Source: Octopus bimaculoides (lineage: Eukaryota). From it: a stretch of DNA of 64,000 nt. Shown in pieces: positions 10,991-24,200 of this stretch. Position 1 is the first letter of the stretch. The number at the start of each line of letters is the position of its first letter. A program made the translations under genes and the position numbers. The notes beneath the pieces were generated by a model. The model saw nothing but the letters and a program-made list of their open reading frames with translations. It had not been told where the DNA came from and did not search any database. The stretch covers positions 40,223,476-40,287,475 of the forward strand of contig NC_068991.1 in the NCBI RefSeq assembly GCF_001194135.2. Direction: 5' to 3'.

Positions 10991-11286
10991 CCTTATCTCC
11001 TAACAAATAAACTCTTCTGTCAGGAAACATAGTCTTGCAAGCTACATGGCAACCTCATTAGTGCTGGTGATGCAAAAAAGGTACCATGTGCATGTGCTGT
11101 AAAGTGGTTAGTGTTAGGAGGGGCATCCAGCCATCGTAGGTAAAGGGGCATAATGCAGTTCTTGGATCCCTCAGATCTTCCAAACCACACCAGCATGGAA
11201 CAGATATTTAATGATTATGATGATGATGTGTGTGTTTGCATATATATATATATATATATATGTTATGTTTATATGTATGTATCATA

Positions 11287-13797
11287 CTGACAACCCCCAT
11301 TTATGGTTATCACAAGTTACAGGATTTCAGTCACAGAAATTATAATATATGGCCACTTACTTTGGGATGCAGTTTGTAATTTCACCCTTGTGGGAACTCG
11401 TATGAAACCATACTTTCTTCTAAGCCAAAAATTTGTTTCTTGGCATTGTAGGTAAGATCAAACTAGTAAACAATTTGAAAAACTATAATCATGATACATG
11501 CATGTATGTTCATGTATATAAATATCACTATCCACACCACATTTAAACAACAATATAATTAACAAGAACAATATGACCATTGCTACCATCAACAAAATTC
11601 CTACCAAAACCAGTACAACCCACCACTACCGACCCACCAAATTTTGAATAACCAACTTGCAACAACAATAATAGTATCAGCATTATAGTAATGTCTGTAG
11701 CTACATATTTTGTATGTAAAACAACAGTGTAAAAGAGAGAGACAGTTTGTGTGGGTGGCTTTTGTGGCTAAAGTCAGAAGTGCAAGTAGTGTAGTATCAT
11801 GAACCCGATGAACCTTCAACTAACTATAATCTTACAGTACTTCCTCTCACCTCAGTCCTTCACCCTTTTATCTTCTCATTTAAATCCTCACATAAGACAC
11901 CATATTTTGCTCTTACACATAGTTCTTTTTTTGTGCTATTGTTGTGGATAATTGATTATCACCTCGGCTGTTGGATTTACCTGCAATTCAAGGTGTCTGA
12001 AAAGAAGCTATCAGGTGGAACTGAAGCTAATAGTGTAAAAAGAAACAGTAAAGGATTACATTGGATATTAAACTTGCAGTTTTAAAAGAGGCTTGATGTA
12101 GGAGAAAAGAATGTCAGCCAGATTGCGAAAGCTTTAAAGCTTTACAACATTCACAGTTTGAACAATACATGATAATGAAGAGAAAATTAGGTCAAGTAGA
12201 GACTGCTTCTCTTTTTTACTACTTATTTTTTCATAAATCTAATATATCACACTTAAATAGAACAGTTCCTGGCTGTATAGAACAAGGATCAGACTTATGA
12301 TCTCTTAATGGTAATTTAAAGAAAAACAAAACAATAGTCTTTATGACAATTTGCAGTAAATGTTAAGTGAAACTTCCAATGTAAAACGATTTTTTGCTTG
12401 TAAAAGTTTTTTTCAAAAGTTTAAGAAGTACTTGAATTTGTACAACACAAAAATGACTGATGAAACAGTTGCTGCTTATACAAAGGCTGCTACTAATTAT
12501 CCTTAGCAGCAGAAGAGAGCTACACGAGCAAATATACAATGCACTTTTCTGGAAAGGCATTGCCTGCTAGAACTTCTGTTTCTTGAAGAAAAAAAAAAAA
12601 ACCAACACCAAAAATCACATCTGGTGCTTCTTCTGGGAGGAAATGCTGCTGGTGATACAAAATTAAATCTCCTATTTAAGTGTCACTCTGAAAATTTAAG
12701 GGCTTTCGAGAATTATGTAAAGTTTAATCTCCCCCTGACTTGCTGTTCAAATAAGGAAGCATATATAGCTAAATGCCTTTCTGAAGGGTGGTTTACAATT
12801 ATTTTTTGATCTGCTGTAAGAAGGTATAATGTCACACATATTTCCAACAAAGCATTACTCCTTTTAAACAATGTACCAAGCTACTCAGAGAACTTTAATG
12901 AGTTTTCCAATAATGTGAGGATAGAATGCTTCCTCAAGAATACCTCTTTGCACCAGCAAATGGATCAAGATGTGACATCTCATTTCAATGCATACTATCA
13001 GAGAACTTTCTAATAATTTATGAAAGCAATTGAATGGGAGAATAAAGCTACTGTAAGAAACTTTTGGAGGAAGCTCAACTCAGTGGATGCTGTGGACAGC
13101 ATTGCTGAATCATGGGAGGAAGTGAAACCCTAAATTTAGAACGGTGCTTGGAAAATATATGGCCAAACTGTATCTGTGGCTCTACAAGCTTTCCGTACAC
13201 ATAATGTCTACATCAGATTTGGAAAAAAAAGATATTGTGATACTTGCAAATGAGGATGGATTTAAAGAAGTCATTGAGGATGATGTGATTTAGTTGTTAG
13301 TGTCCCATAGACAAAGCAAGTTGAGAATATGGAAATTCCACCATCTCCACTGAAATTAACTGCAAAGAGTTGGCATTTATATTTCTCAATGATCCTAGTC
13401 ATGAACATAACAAAAAATTACATGGAATTTACAATGAGCTCCTTTCTGTCACTGGGTTGTAAACAGTTTTAGATAAGTTGATGATGATGAAGTATTAGTA
13501 GATAGTATCCCTCATCCTCCCAGTAATTCTCTTTCTGCCACTAGCCCTCACACAAACATTTTTTGTAGTAAAAACATAACCTATTACAATATTACATTCT
13601 TACTTATCTTCAACTGTTTTCATGTATACATATTGTACTATGTTTAGAAATTGTTTTCATGCATCAAAGTGGTTGTGTATTTTTTGGTGGTGGTTATTTT
13701 TTCCAAAACAAAAAATTTGATAAGAATACATTATCATTTTATAATATGGAAATTAATGGGGAAAATTAATTCCACATTATATCAAACTCTTCCAATA
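11287..13797 (+). mobile_element. Tigger/pogo (CENP-B HTH + DDE_1) transposon fossil, copy 1
   Basis: Broken frames read SEKKLSGGTEANSVKRNSK.ITLDIKLAVLKRLD..., LLLGGNAAGDTKLNLLFK.HSENLRAF..., KALLLLNNVPSY...QQMDQDV. It is colinear with the reverse complement of 21316-23576, including non-coding ends. Confidence 0.88.
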
Positions 13798-13999
13798 TAT
13801 ATATACGTACACACGCATACATATATGTACATAATTACATTTATGTGTATGTATTGATATGTGATACCCAGAAAAAGCACTCATGAAAATTGTTGAAACT
13901 GAAGTCCTTTTTGAGCAACACAATTTTCCATTTAAGTCAATACAGAATTACAGATAGTATTTATAGAATCTTGATTTACTGTCGGGTGACTTTTGGCCA

Positions 14000-14091
<92 letters not shown>

Positions 14092-14104
14092 CACACATAC
14101 TTTT

Positions 14105-16245
14105 GCCATGATGAGGCTCCACTATTGGTGTAATTGTCAATTTTTACATATCCCCCCTCTCTCTGTTAAGTTTTGATGAATGATGATACTGGATAATACT
14201 TCTCATTTACATTTTTACCTTGATGCTTGTGCATCTGGTACCTCAGATAAAAACTGAAGTATTTTTAAAGTATATCCACATCTTTGCTTTGTACATCTTT
14301 GTATATTAGTGAGCTATTTAAAATATCTTCTCTTAAACCTTAACTTTTCTTTACTTTAAATGGAAATTGGCATTCAGTTCATATGGCTTTCAATCCCCGA
14401 GTTAGTTGCTAGACCCTCCAAGAGCTTCCAGCTATATATATCGCTGGATATCTTTTCTATCTTTGCTCTGGTAATTAGACCTTCAGTTCTTCTATTGCAC
14501 TGGGACAATCCTCTTGTAACAGCATTCAATTGCCTGAAGCTCTGCTGTTAGTTTAACGCTATGTTATCTATAATTGAGAGCAGTAGCAACCAATGTTTTC
14601 TACTGGACCAACATAGTTTTCTTTTTGTTTTTTGTTCTGAATGATCTCAGAATCCAGCCAACCAGTTGCCCACACATTTCCATATTACAAATATGTCCAC
14701 AGAATAATGCTTTATTATTCATGGGGATACCCAGATCACACACTGATGGTAACTCCAGGATTGCAAAACCTCTGGTCTTGTGCATTCAGATTGCAATCTA
14801 TTTGTGGGCTGATGGCAGAACACTTAAAGAATTTTGAACTGCATGTTGTTTTCTTCAGCTCTCAATATATTGGGTTCAGGTCTGTCTGTAGCATTGTTAT
14901 CAGGGTGCTGAGAGACTCTGCAATGAATTGATAACTCCCCAGGGACAGTCACTTGCCAAATTTTCCAACTATCCCAAGGTCATGTAATTTGTGACATATC
15001 AACATTATTAAAGGCTATGGCAAACTCAAAATATTGAATATCCACATTTAAATGATTGTGCTGCTGTCTCTCTCACCATTCATAAGGCTATAATGAGCTG
15101 TGTTAGGCTACTTTGTGGATGGAAGCCGTACTGCATGTTTAAGCCATTTGCTTTGTGATCAGCTTCTTTCTGACAATGTGTTCCATGACTTTGTTGATGT
15201 ATGAGATCAGAAAGATAGTTCTGTGATTTCTAACATGTTCTACTTCCTTCATTTATGGATAGGGCACATACCTTCCTTTAACTTATTGGGATTCTGTGCT
15301 ACATTCAAGACATCTCTGAAACAGCATCTGCTATTGTTTTGCCAGAGCCTTCTTATGTCTTTAACAGAATTGCTGGCAAAGCATTAGGGTCTGTTGCTAA
15401 GTTCAAGTCTATCTCATCATTAGAAAATATTACATACTCCTCTTTTATGTTACACAATCAATAGATTCCTCTTCACTGTGTAGAGCTGCACTTTTGAAGA
15501 ACTATTCAGGCTTGTTTAGCTGCATATCTTTCACTAGAGAATTGAATACAATTTAGAATTGTTTTTGTATTTAACTTACTCTTTCCAGGTCTTCAGTTAA
15601 TTTTCTTCAGTGGTGTTCTCTTGCAAAGCTCTAGAGCAGATTTTTTTGTGCAAGGGCTTGGAGTTTTTTTTATATATTTCCACTATCTTGTTTTTTTTTT
15701 CCTTCCTCCTTTCTTTTTCATAAGAGAGCCTGAGTTTGTCTTTGATTTATAAAAATACTTTTTTGGAAGTGCAACTCCAAACTCTTAAATTAAATGATTT
15801 AGGATCTCTTATTGAACTAATTTTCTGTCAGCTTTGTACAAGTTTATGCTGGACAGGGTTCAGGTGCTTCCTGTGTGATATCTTCAATTTGCTTTGGGCC
15901 ATACATTGTTAGTTTATTAAGTTATATAAGAAAATCTCATTGGTGTCACCTTCATTTTGTGGACGACTTCCATGTTATTAGTAAAGCAATGATCCAAGAT
16001 GTTGTTGCTCTTGGTCAGGCACAACATTGTCTTCCTTGAGCATCATTTTAGTGTGATCAAGTTGTATTTTTGCTTGATTTTGCTCTTGGCATGACATTCC
16101 TGAGATTACATCACCTTCAAGCCATTTGATATAAGAGTAAATTGAAACCACACCACAGATGTACATAGATGTGTTGATCTAGTTTCGTTAGTGCCTTTTT
16201 TATTATTCTAACGTTTTCCTTAAATTTACCTTCATGACTTAAGGA
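14105..16245 (-). mobile_element. CR1/L2-type non-LTR retrotransposon ORF2 fossil (end of APE domain plus RT)
   Basis: Minus frames: L..CFTNNMEVVHKMKVTP (end of APE), RNHRTIFLISYINKVME, VDIQYFEFAIAFNNVD, LQTDLNPIY, DLGIPMNN, GWILRSFRT. Many stops. Confidence 0.85.
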
Positions 16246-16919
16246 GTCCTTGAATGATGTGATATACATATCACATCAATTTGCTTCATGTGTACTATTA
16301 TTTGTGAACCACAGACCATTTGAATATAACAAGATTAATGATATGACATCTTCATTGTTGTACATTGCGACTCCACCATTATTTCTTTTTTCCTGTCTAT
16401 ATAAACCAACCATTCTTTGGTCTCTGTATCGCTGCATCAACTGTGTGTATATATCTATAGACGTGTAGTATATGAGTGCATATGTATATTTTTGTGATTA
16501 CTGATACGTATATGTGTGTGTTATACAGATATGTGTTATATATAAGGTCCTTTGGGATCCAACCACAAACTTATGGATGGAATGATGGTTTTTATTAGCA
16601 AACCCTAAACTGTCGCTACTGCATAGTACTAAAAGTTCCACTGTCCCTCTGCTGTAACAGCTTCAGTTTCAATGAAGAGCCCACATTTTTCTACATTACC
16701 GGAAAGTCCTAAAGATCTACAGTGATAGTTGTGGACGTTTTCAAGAGACAGATAAAAACGTCTTAGATGCCAGATGGACCTGTGACATGGCATGAAACCG
16801 AAATGAGGGTGGCAATGTCCCCCACTCTCAGAGAAATGAAATGAATTAAAAATCACTCCAATGGTTGTGCTCCATCAAGGCCACGACCCCTAGCTAGAAC
16901 TGGTAAAAGCTCTGTGTGT

Positions 16920-17020
16920 TTGTGTGTTTGTCTTTCATTCCTCCGGGGTCCATGATTCGACTGGCCCCCTCCTCGTAAGATTGCTGGCCTTGTATCAAAA
17001 TTTGAAACCATTATTATTAC
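16920..17020 (+). mobile_element. SINE family 2 (MetaSINE-like domain), 3' fragment
   Basis: gtctttcattcctccggggtc...gactggccccctcc...ggccttgtatcaaaatttgaaaccattattatt, as in 58839-59055. Confidence 0.75.
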
Positions 17021-17131
17021 TGTCATCATCATCATCTCTCTCTACTTACAAGACTAATGTTATTTATCCCTCGTTTACTTTTAATATTTTTTCTCATTCC
17101 CACGTATCTAGATGTTGTCTATTGTCATGTC

Positions 17132-17345
17132 TATAAATGTAATAAAGAATGTCTCGCACATTGCCCACACTATAATTAAGAAATAGAGCTCACTAATCGC
17201 ACATAATAATAAGTATGGAATATCTCGCACATCGCACATAATAAATAAGGAATATCGCTCACACACCGCACACATATAATAATAATAAGTAAATGGAGAA
17301 CGCGATGAGGATGGTAAGAGGAAAGCAGCTCTGATCCGGGTGAGT
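17132..17345 (+). promoter_or_regulatory. Second putative promoter and first exon
   Basis: TATAAA at 17132 and four TCGCACA plus one CCGCACA (17154-17272). ATG in good context at 17293 (MENAMRM). Donors are atg|GTAAGA (17313/17314) and ccgg|GTGAGT (17339/17340). The area retains CpG. Confidence 0.4.
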
Positions 17346-17449
17346 AATGGGATATGGTAGAAATATGGCTGCCACTGGTTGTTGTGTGTGCCATTATGTC
17401 TATATCTACTATACTCTTACAGATAAATTATATTTTCTATACGAAGCAG

Positions 17450-17490
<41 letters not shown>

Positions 17491-18720
17491 TTATTGCATC
17501 GAGTCAATATGCCGTCTACGCTGGTGCCCACTCTGCTAGAAATAGAAACCAAAATCTGCTGCCTGATATTACAAAGTCTATCGGCCTAAAAAGGAGAGAA
17601 AATGACGTTAGATAATGTGCTCTGGAATACCGTCTGCTTCAGAAGAATAAAAATGTAGGATGGTCACGGTTGAAAGGCCATTCGTCATGCATCTTGCTCA
17701 TGACCTGGTGTTAAAACAGCAACCTAGTTTCAGATCTATCTATCTATCTATCTATCTATTTATTCGCGCGCGCACGCACATACACACACACACACATTAT
17801 GTATATAATGCGCGCACACACGCATCCGTGTTCTTTTGTCTCTTTATTATTTTTAGAAATGTCTATGTACCAATTCCTTCTCTGTCTCTTTCTAATTTTA
17901 TTGAAGGTCTTGTTTACCACCATTTTTTTACATATCTCTCCCTCCCTCCCTCTCTCTTTCTGCCTCTCTATATTTATTGTTTCCTCTCACAATCCTCTCT
18001 CTCTATGCTCATCACTTTTCTTCTGCCTTTCCTTTTAAATCTTCCCATATTATTTCACCAATCTTCCGGTTAACGACGATCCACCGATTCTACAAGTTAG
18101 TAATAGAGATGTATATAAATCATGTCTGATGTATAAACGTGTGTGTATTTGTGTCAATACCAATATATATACATATACATGTGTGTGAATATATATATGT
18201 ATTTGTGTGCATGTACATATATTTATGTATGTATGTGGATGTGTTAGCCCGCCTTTCCAAACTAATAATAATATTCCATGTCTCATATAAATGTCTGAAG
18301 AATCAGCCGATTACACTTGAATGTTTTTTTTATTTTACCCCATTTTCCGTCTCTTATTCCTTCAATTAAACCAAGTAAATTAAGATTATATCCCCAACGT
18401 CTGGGAACTAGATGGACGTAACCATCATTTCTTTGGTGTTTTCGCCCAAGCAAATTGTCAGCCCGTGTTTTCTTTCCCCAAATTTATTTTAACATTTCTG
18501 ACATCTCTCCGCTCGTTCGTCAAATTCTTCTTTCTCTCCACAATAATGATATTCCAGTGAATTAAGAGGCAAAGTTGTGTAGGTGTTCGGTTGAAGAGTT
18601 TTATACCTATTGCTTCCGCAACAACACGGATTTTAGAATCTTTTTAGCTGCTTCATTACGATGTTGATACATAGGGCTTAATAGGGACTTTCGGTCCTAT
18701 TTCAATCGGGCTTGTACACA

Positions 18721-18801
18721 TAGATAGATAGATAGGTAAATAGATAGATAGATAGATACTTAGATAGATAGATAGATAGATAGATACTTAGATAGATAGA
18801 T
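18721..18801. repeat. (GATA)n microsatellite
   Basis: Repeated tagatagata units with two tact interruptions. Confidence 0.95.
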
Positions 18802-19532
18802 ATGTGTATATAATTTCGGTATGAACCTAGGGGTTTACTTTATTAAGGTCATCCACAGGTATTGGCTATCAGATAAGACAGTAATCTGGAAATTGTTTTA
18901 CCAAACATATCTGAAAATTCAAATAGCCGTAGTTTTTATTATGACAAACAAGAGTGGAGTGAGCAAATCTTTACTTCATCAATTACAAAACACTTTCTCA
19001 TTCCGTTCTTCCTTGTCATTAATAATGTGTGTGTGTATGTTCTGTGTGTAGAAGATAGATAGATGTACAGACACGCATACGCACAAAATAAATTATCTCA
19101 ATAATGACGTTTTAAATAACCTAATTGAAAATGATTTTCGTGTGTGTGTGTGTGTGTGTGTGTACACTTTGATTCTTTGTCGGAATATTTCTTGTGTATG
19201 TGTAGATGTTACTCCTGAACAATGTTGCACTCGGATCAGTCTTACAAGCTAAAACTCTGAGTGGGAATTTAACTCGAGTGCGTGTCCGTGTGAAAACCTA
19301 GAAATTCCTTGTTGCCTTAAATTACTCCGGTTTAGTGTCAGAATCCAATACATTTTGGATGTGTGTATGTCATTAATTAATGGCCTTCCAAAGGCAACTT
19401 GAAATTTTACTCTAGCTTTTCTTTCTATTCCAATTTATTATTTTAAATCTCCTTTCTTCGACAACGTTAAACAGCATGTATGTATATATATTTATATACA
19501 CACACTAACACGTGTGTATGCATGTGTGTGTA

Positions 19533-19582
<50 letters not shown>

Positions 19583-19746
19583 AATATACACAAACACACA
19601 CGCACATACATCTATCGTTTCTAGCATTCCACCATCTTTGTACTATACTGTTGTATTTCGCACCAATTTCTTTGTTGATATCCTACATTTTCACTTTCAT
19701 TTCGTTATTTTAACAAATATTAATCGCCACGTCTTGTTATCTTTAC

Positions 19747-20029
19747 TCGTTAACACTAAGCCTTTCTAACTGTGAACGTGGGCAGATATATAAATAATAA
19801 TATATGATGTCTTGGTAGGGAGGAAATGGTTTTTCTGTGTTGGAATTTTCGATTCCGCTTCATCTCGGAAAGCTTTCTCTCTGGATATGTTTACTGAGCT
19901 GCTAAAAATGATGCAATTCTGTGTCTAATGCGGAGGAGGAGAACAGTAGAAAAGTGTTTGGTGCTTTTGTCGTATTGCATTATGCCGCAGATCAAACCAT
20001 TTTCTTCCTGACCTATTCCGCTTCTATGG
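19747..20029 (-). promoter_or_regulatory. CpG-rich promoter-like segment next to the N gap
   Basis: Unique CpG-rich DNA with CGGAA motifs. It shares the 15-mer agagagaaagctttc with the 4.1-kb promoter (inverted) and has a possible minus-strand donor aacga|GTAAAG at 19747. Confidence 0.3.
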
Positions 20030-21315
20030 NNNNNNNNNNNNNNNNNNNNNNNNNNNNNNNNNNNNNNNNNNNNNNNNNNNNNNNNNNNNNNNNNNNNNNN
20101 NNNNNNNNNNNNNNNNNNNNNNNNNNNNNNNNNNNNNNNNNNNNNNNNNNNNNNNNNNNNNNNNNNNNNNNNNNNNNNNNNNNNNNNNNNNNNNNNNNNN
20201 NNNNNNNNNNNNNNNNNNNNNNNNNNNNNNNNNNNNNNNNNNNNNNNNNNNNNNNNNNNNNNNNNNNNNNNNNNNNNNNNNNNNNNNNNNNNNNNNNNNN
20301 NNNNNNNNNNNNNNNNNNNNNNNNNNNNNNNNNNNNNNNNNNNNNNNNNNNNNNNNNNNNNNNNNNNNNNNNNNNNNNNNNNNNNNNNNNNNNNNNNNNN
20401 NNNNNNNNNNNNNNNNNNNNNNNNNNNNNNNNNNNNNNNNNNNNNNNNNNNNNNNNNNNNNNNNNNNNNNNNNNNNNNNNNNNNNNNNNNNNNNNNNNNN
20501 NNNNNNNNNNNNNNNNNNNNNNNNNNNNNNNNNNNNNNNNNNNNNNNNNNNNNNNNNNNNNNNNNNNNNNNNNNNNNNNNNNNNNNNNNNNNNNNNNNNN
20601 NNNNNNNNNNNNNNNNNNNNNNNNNNNNNNNNNNNNNNNNNNNNNNNNNNNNNNNNNNNNNNNNNNNNNNNNNNNNNNNNNNNNNNNNNNNNNNNNNNNN
20701 NNNNNNNNNNNNNNNNNNNNNNNNNNNNNNNNNNNNNNNNNNNNNNNNNNNNNNNNNNNNNNNNNNNNNNNNNNNNNNNNNNNNNNNNNNNNNNNNNNNN
20801 NNNNNNNNNNNNNNNNNNNNNNNNNNNNNNNNNNNNNNNNNNNNNNNNNNNNNNNNNNNNNNNNNNNNNNNNNNNATATATATATATATATATATATATA
20901 AACACACACACACATCATCATTGTTTTAATGCCCATTTTTTTCATACTTGCATGGGTTCGACGGAGATCATTGAAGCAGATTTTCCTGTTGCCAACCCTC
21001 AACTGTTTCTAGACAAGGTTATATTTCCCCATGGCTAGAGATGTTTGTGCAGGATATTTGAAATGAATGACACTGCTTGTATGTCAAGTTACACTTGTTT
21101 GCAGGTATCAAGCAATGTCAAGACAAGGAGACACACACACATAATGGGTTTCTTTGAATTTCCATCTACCAGATCCACTCACAAGGTTTTGGTTGGCTTG
21201 GAGCTGTAGAGCAAGATATTTACCCAAAGTTCCACACAGTGGGACTGACTCTCAATCCATGTCATTGGGAAGCAAACTTCTTTACCACACAGCCATCCCT
21301 GTGCCTACATATACA

Positions 21316-23576
21316 CAGAAATATCTCATTTCGTGGTAGTAAAATGTTCCTGAAAATCTTACTATAACATGAAATTAATTTTCCCATTGAATTTTATGTC
21401 ATAAAGTGTGATGTGTTCTATCAGAACAAGCAATATTGCCATTTTTATGCATGAAAATAACAAACATACATAGTATAATATGTAAGCATAAAAATATTGG
21501 AAGAGAAATATATACATTATAGAATAAACGAGTATCATAATATTGTAATAGGGTAGGTTCTGTTTTCTGTATGAGAGGTGATAGTTGAATTACTGGGGGG
21601 ATGGCCATATATTTTTGCAAACACCATTCCGAGTTGAGGATTTCACTTTCTCTCATCACTCGGCTATGTTAACCACAGCATCTATTTTGTTGAACTTCAT
21701 CTCTTACTGTACATTTATCCTCCCTATCAATTTGCTTTTGTAAATTGTTTGAAAGTTCTCAGATAATATACCTTGAATTTAGTTGTCACACCTTGATTCA
21801 TTAACTGGATCAAAGAAGTATTCCTGGGGATATATTCTACTCTAACATTATGAGAAAGCCCATTTAAGTTCACTGGTTGACTTGGTGCTTTGTCTAAAAA
21901 GAGCAATGCTTTGTTGGAAATATTGTGTGACACTATATCTTTCCACAGCAAGACACAAAAATATTTGTAAACCATTCTTTAGAAAGGTTCCTAGTCATCT
22001 AATCCTTATTTGAGTGCTAAGTCAGAGGTAGACTAAACTTTGCATAACCTTTGAAAGCCCTTGGATTTTTCAGAGTGATCTTTATATGGAGGCTTTATTT
22101 TCATATCACCAACAGCATTTCTTTCTTGTAGAAATGTCAGACAATTTTTGGTGTTGATTTTTCTTGTCGAGAAATGAAAGTTCTCGTTGGCATGTACTTC
22201 CAGAAAAGTGCAATTTCATCATTATTTTATATTTGTTCTGGTGTATAATCCACTTTGGCAGTCATTTTCTTCAGCTGCTCAGAATAAATTGTAGTAGCCT
22301 CTGTATCAACACTGGCAGCTTCACCAGTCATTTTCTCATTGTGAGAATTTAAGTGCTTCTTAAACCTTTCAAACTAGCTTTTACTGGCCAGAAATGGTTT
22401 TTCGTTAGAAGTTACATCTTCCTTTTTTTGAAAATCATCATACAAATCATATAAACTGTATTTTTTTAAAATTACCATTGTGCTCAAGTCTATGCTGAGC
22501 CTGACCCTTAATCCATACACTAATGTGCTGCTCACTTTAGATCTATGAAAAAATATGTCCAAGCATTCTAATTGATATTTTTCTATTGTCATGTATTGTT
22601 CTAACTGAAGATGTTGCAAGCTTTAGTGTTTTGGCAATGTAGCTGACTCTTCCTCCAGCATCAACCCTTTTTAAAACATTGAGTTTAATATCCTGTGTAA
22701 TCCTTTTACTGTTTCTTTTCGCACTACTATCTTCTGTTCCACTTGATGGCTTCTTTCCAGACATCTTGAATTGTAGGTAGATCCAACAGCAGCTGCTGTG
22801 AATATTATCAAAAACAAATATGTAATAAAAAAGAAATAGTTCCAGAACAGAAGTATGGCAATGAAAAGGTGAAGAAGTGAGGTGGGATGAAGTACTGTAT
22901 GATTACAGTTAACTGAATGATTACCAGGTTTATGGGTATTATGCACCTTGTTCATTTGGCTTAACACCTTAAAATGCCACACTACTTTCACACACAAACA
23001 CACACCATTGTGTTGACATATAATATACATAGCTAAAGACATTTCTATCAATCTGATACTATTATTGTCGTCAATTGCTAATGAGTTGGTTGTGGTGGTG
23101 CTATTGGCTCTATTGGTTTTGGTGTTGATGTTTGCGGGTGGTGAGAGTTGACCTAAGATCAAAAAGCATTTCAGCTTTTAAAATATGCTGGGCTACCACA
23201 TTATCTTATATCTTTTATTTTAAATTGAGCTGCTTATCTTCTTCATGTTGTTGTTGTTCCTTTAGGTATTAGTGGGTTGGTGATAATGGTAGTTGTATAG
23301 GTTTTAGTGGAGGTTGTATTGGTGTTGATGAAATACATGTATTTATCTTATGATTATAGTTTTCAGATTGTTAACTATACTTTGATCTTAGTTAAAATGT
23401 CAGAAAGTGGCCATTTGGCTGAGAAGAAAGGATAGTTTTTAAATTGCTTAAATTTTCTGAGTTTTTCATAAAAACATAATAACAGACCATATCCTGAAAT
23501 TAGCGGTCATATTTCACTTATTTTCATAACCATGAAATCCCATAAGCTGAGGTAGCTGTAATGCAAGGGATGCCTG
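21316..23576 (-). mobile_element. Tigger/pogo transposon fossil, copy 2, near full length
   Basis: MSGKKPSSGTEDSSAKRNSKRITQDIKLNVLKRVDAGGRVSYIAKTLKLATSSVRTI (HTH) and KALLFLDKAPSQP...PRNTSLIQLMNQGV..FKVYYLR (DDE_1). Degenerate TIRs caggcatccctt / cagaaatatctc resemble the Tigger CAGGCATACCTC end. Confidence 0.9.
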
Positions 23577-23649
23577 CATGTATGTGTGTGTGTATGTATA
23601 TATATTACATAGTGGTCAATATTTGCTGATAAAATAAAAGATATGTCAT

Positions 23650-24200
23650 CTCCCTCAAGGTACTGTCCTGGGGACCCCTGCTGTGCACACCCTTATCAGC
23701 TATGCAGATGATATAAAATATCACTAGTGAGAAAAAATACCTTGATGATACTACTTATCTTCTGTAAGATTTAAATGCAATATATGAGATAAAGACAACA
23801 ACATGCAAATTCATCATCATCATCATCAAATTAATGTTAAATTTCAAAACCTCCACTATTAACCCATTAATAAAATATGTTGTAGCCAAAATACACTGGA
23901 TCACAAGGGATTGCAACCCCAGCCCAGTGTCGCAACCAGTCTGTAACCTGGTTTTAAACATTATTTCATGTACATATCAATGGCACATTATTTCATGTGC
24001 ATATCAATGGCAACATTTAGGCAACTGACTGGATGGATTGTAAGAACTTTCAGAACAAGAGACCAGGAAACAGTACTGGTCTATTTGTCCTAATTATCTA
24101 GGGACTGTGTCTGACCTCTAAGCAGTAATGAAGAAAATGTCAATTCTCATCATGCAATGATGGTTTAGAATTCTTTGACCAGTGAAATTACTGAGGTTTC
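23650..24200 (+). mobile_element. CR1/L2-type RT fragment
   Basis: PQGTVLG...SYADDIK and RQLTGWIVRTFRTRDQET, the same family as 14105-16245. It contains a 27-bp tandem duplication near 23959-24012. Confidence 0.75.

Noticed and set aside
18680-18701. Small hairpin aatagggac-tttc-ggtcctatt (minus strand ggac-cgaaa-gtcc, stem-II-like)
   Set aside because: There are no flanking hammerhead boxes and a 22-nt hairpin is expected by chance.
19846-19872. Minus-strand gagatgaagcggaatcgaaa resembling a ribozyme core
   Set aside because: It lacks CUGA and a stem II, and is better explained as promoter sequence.
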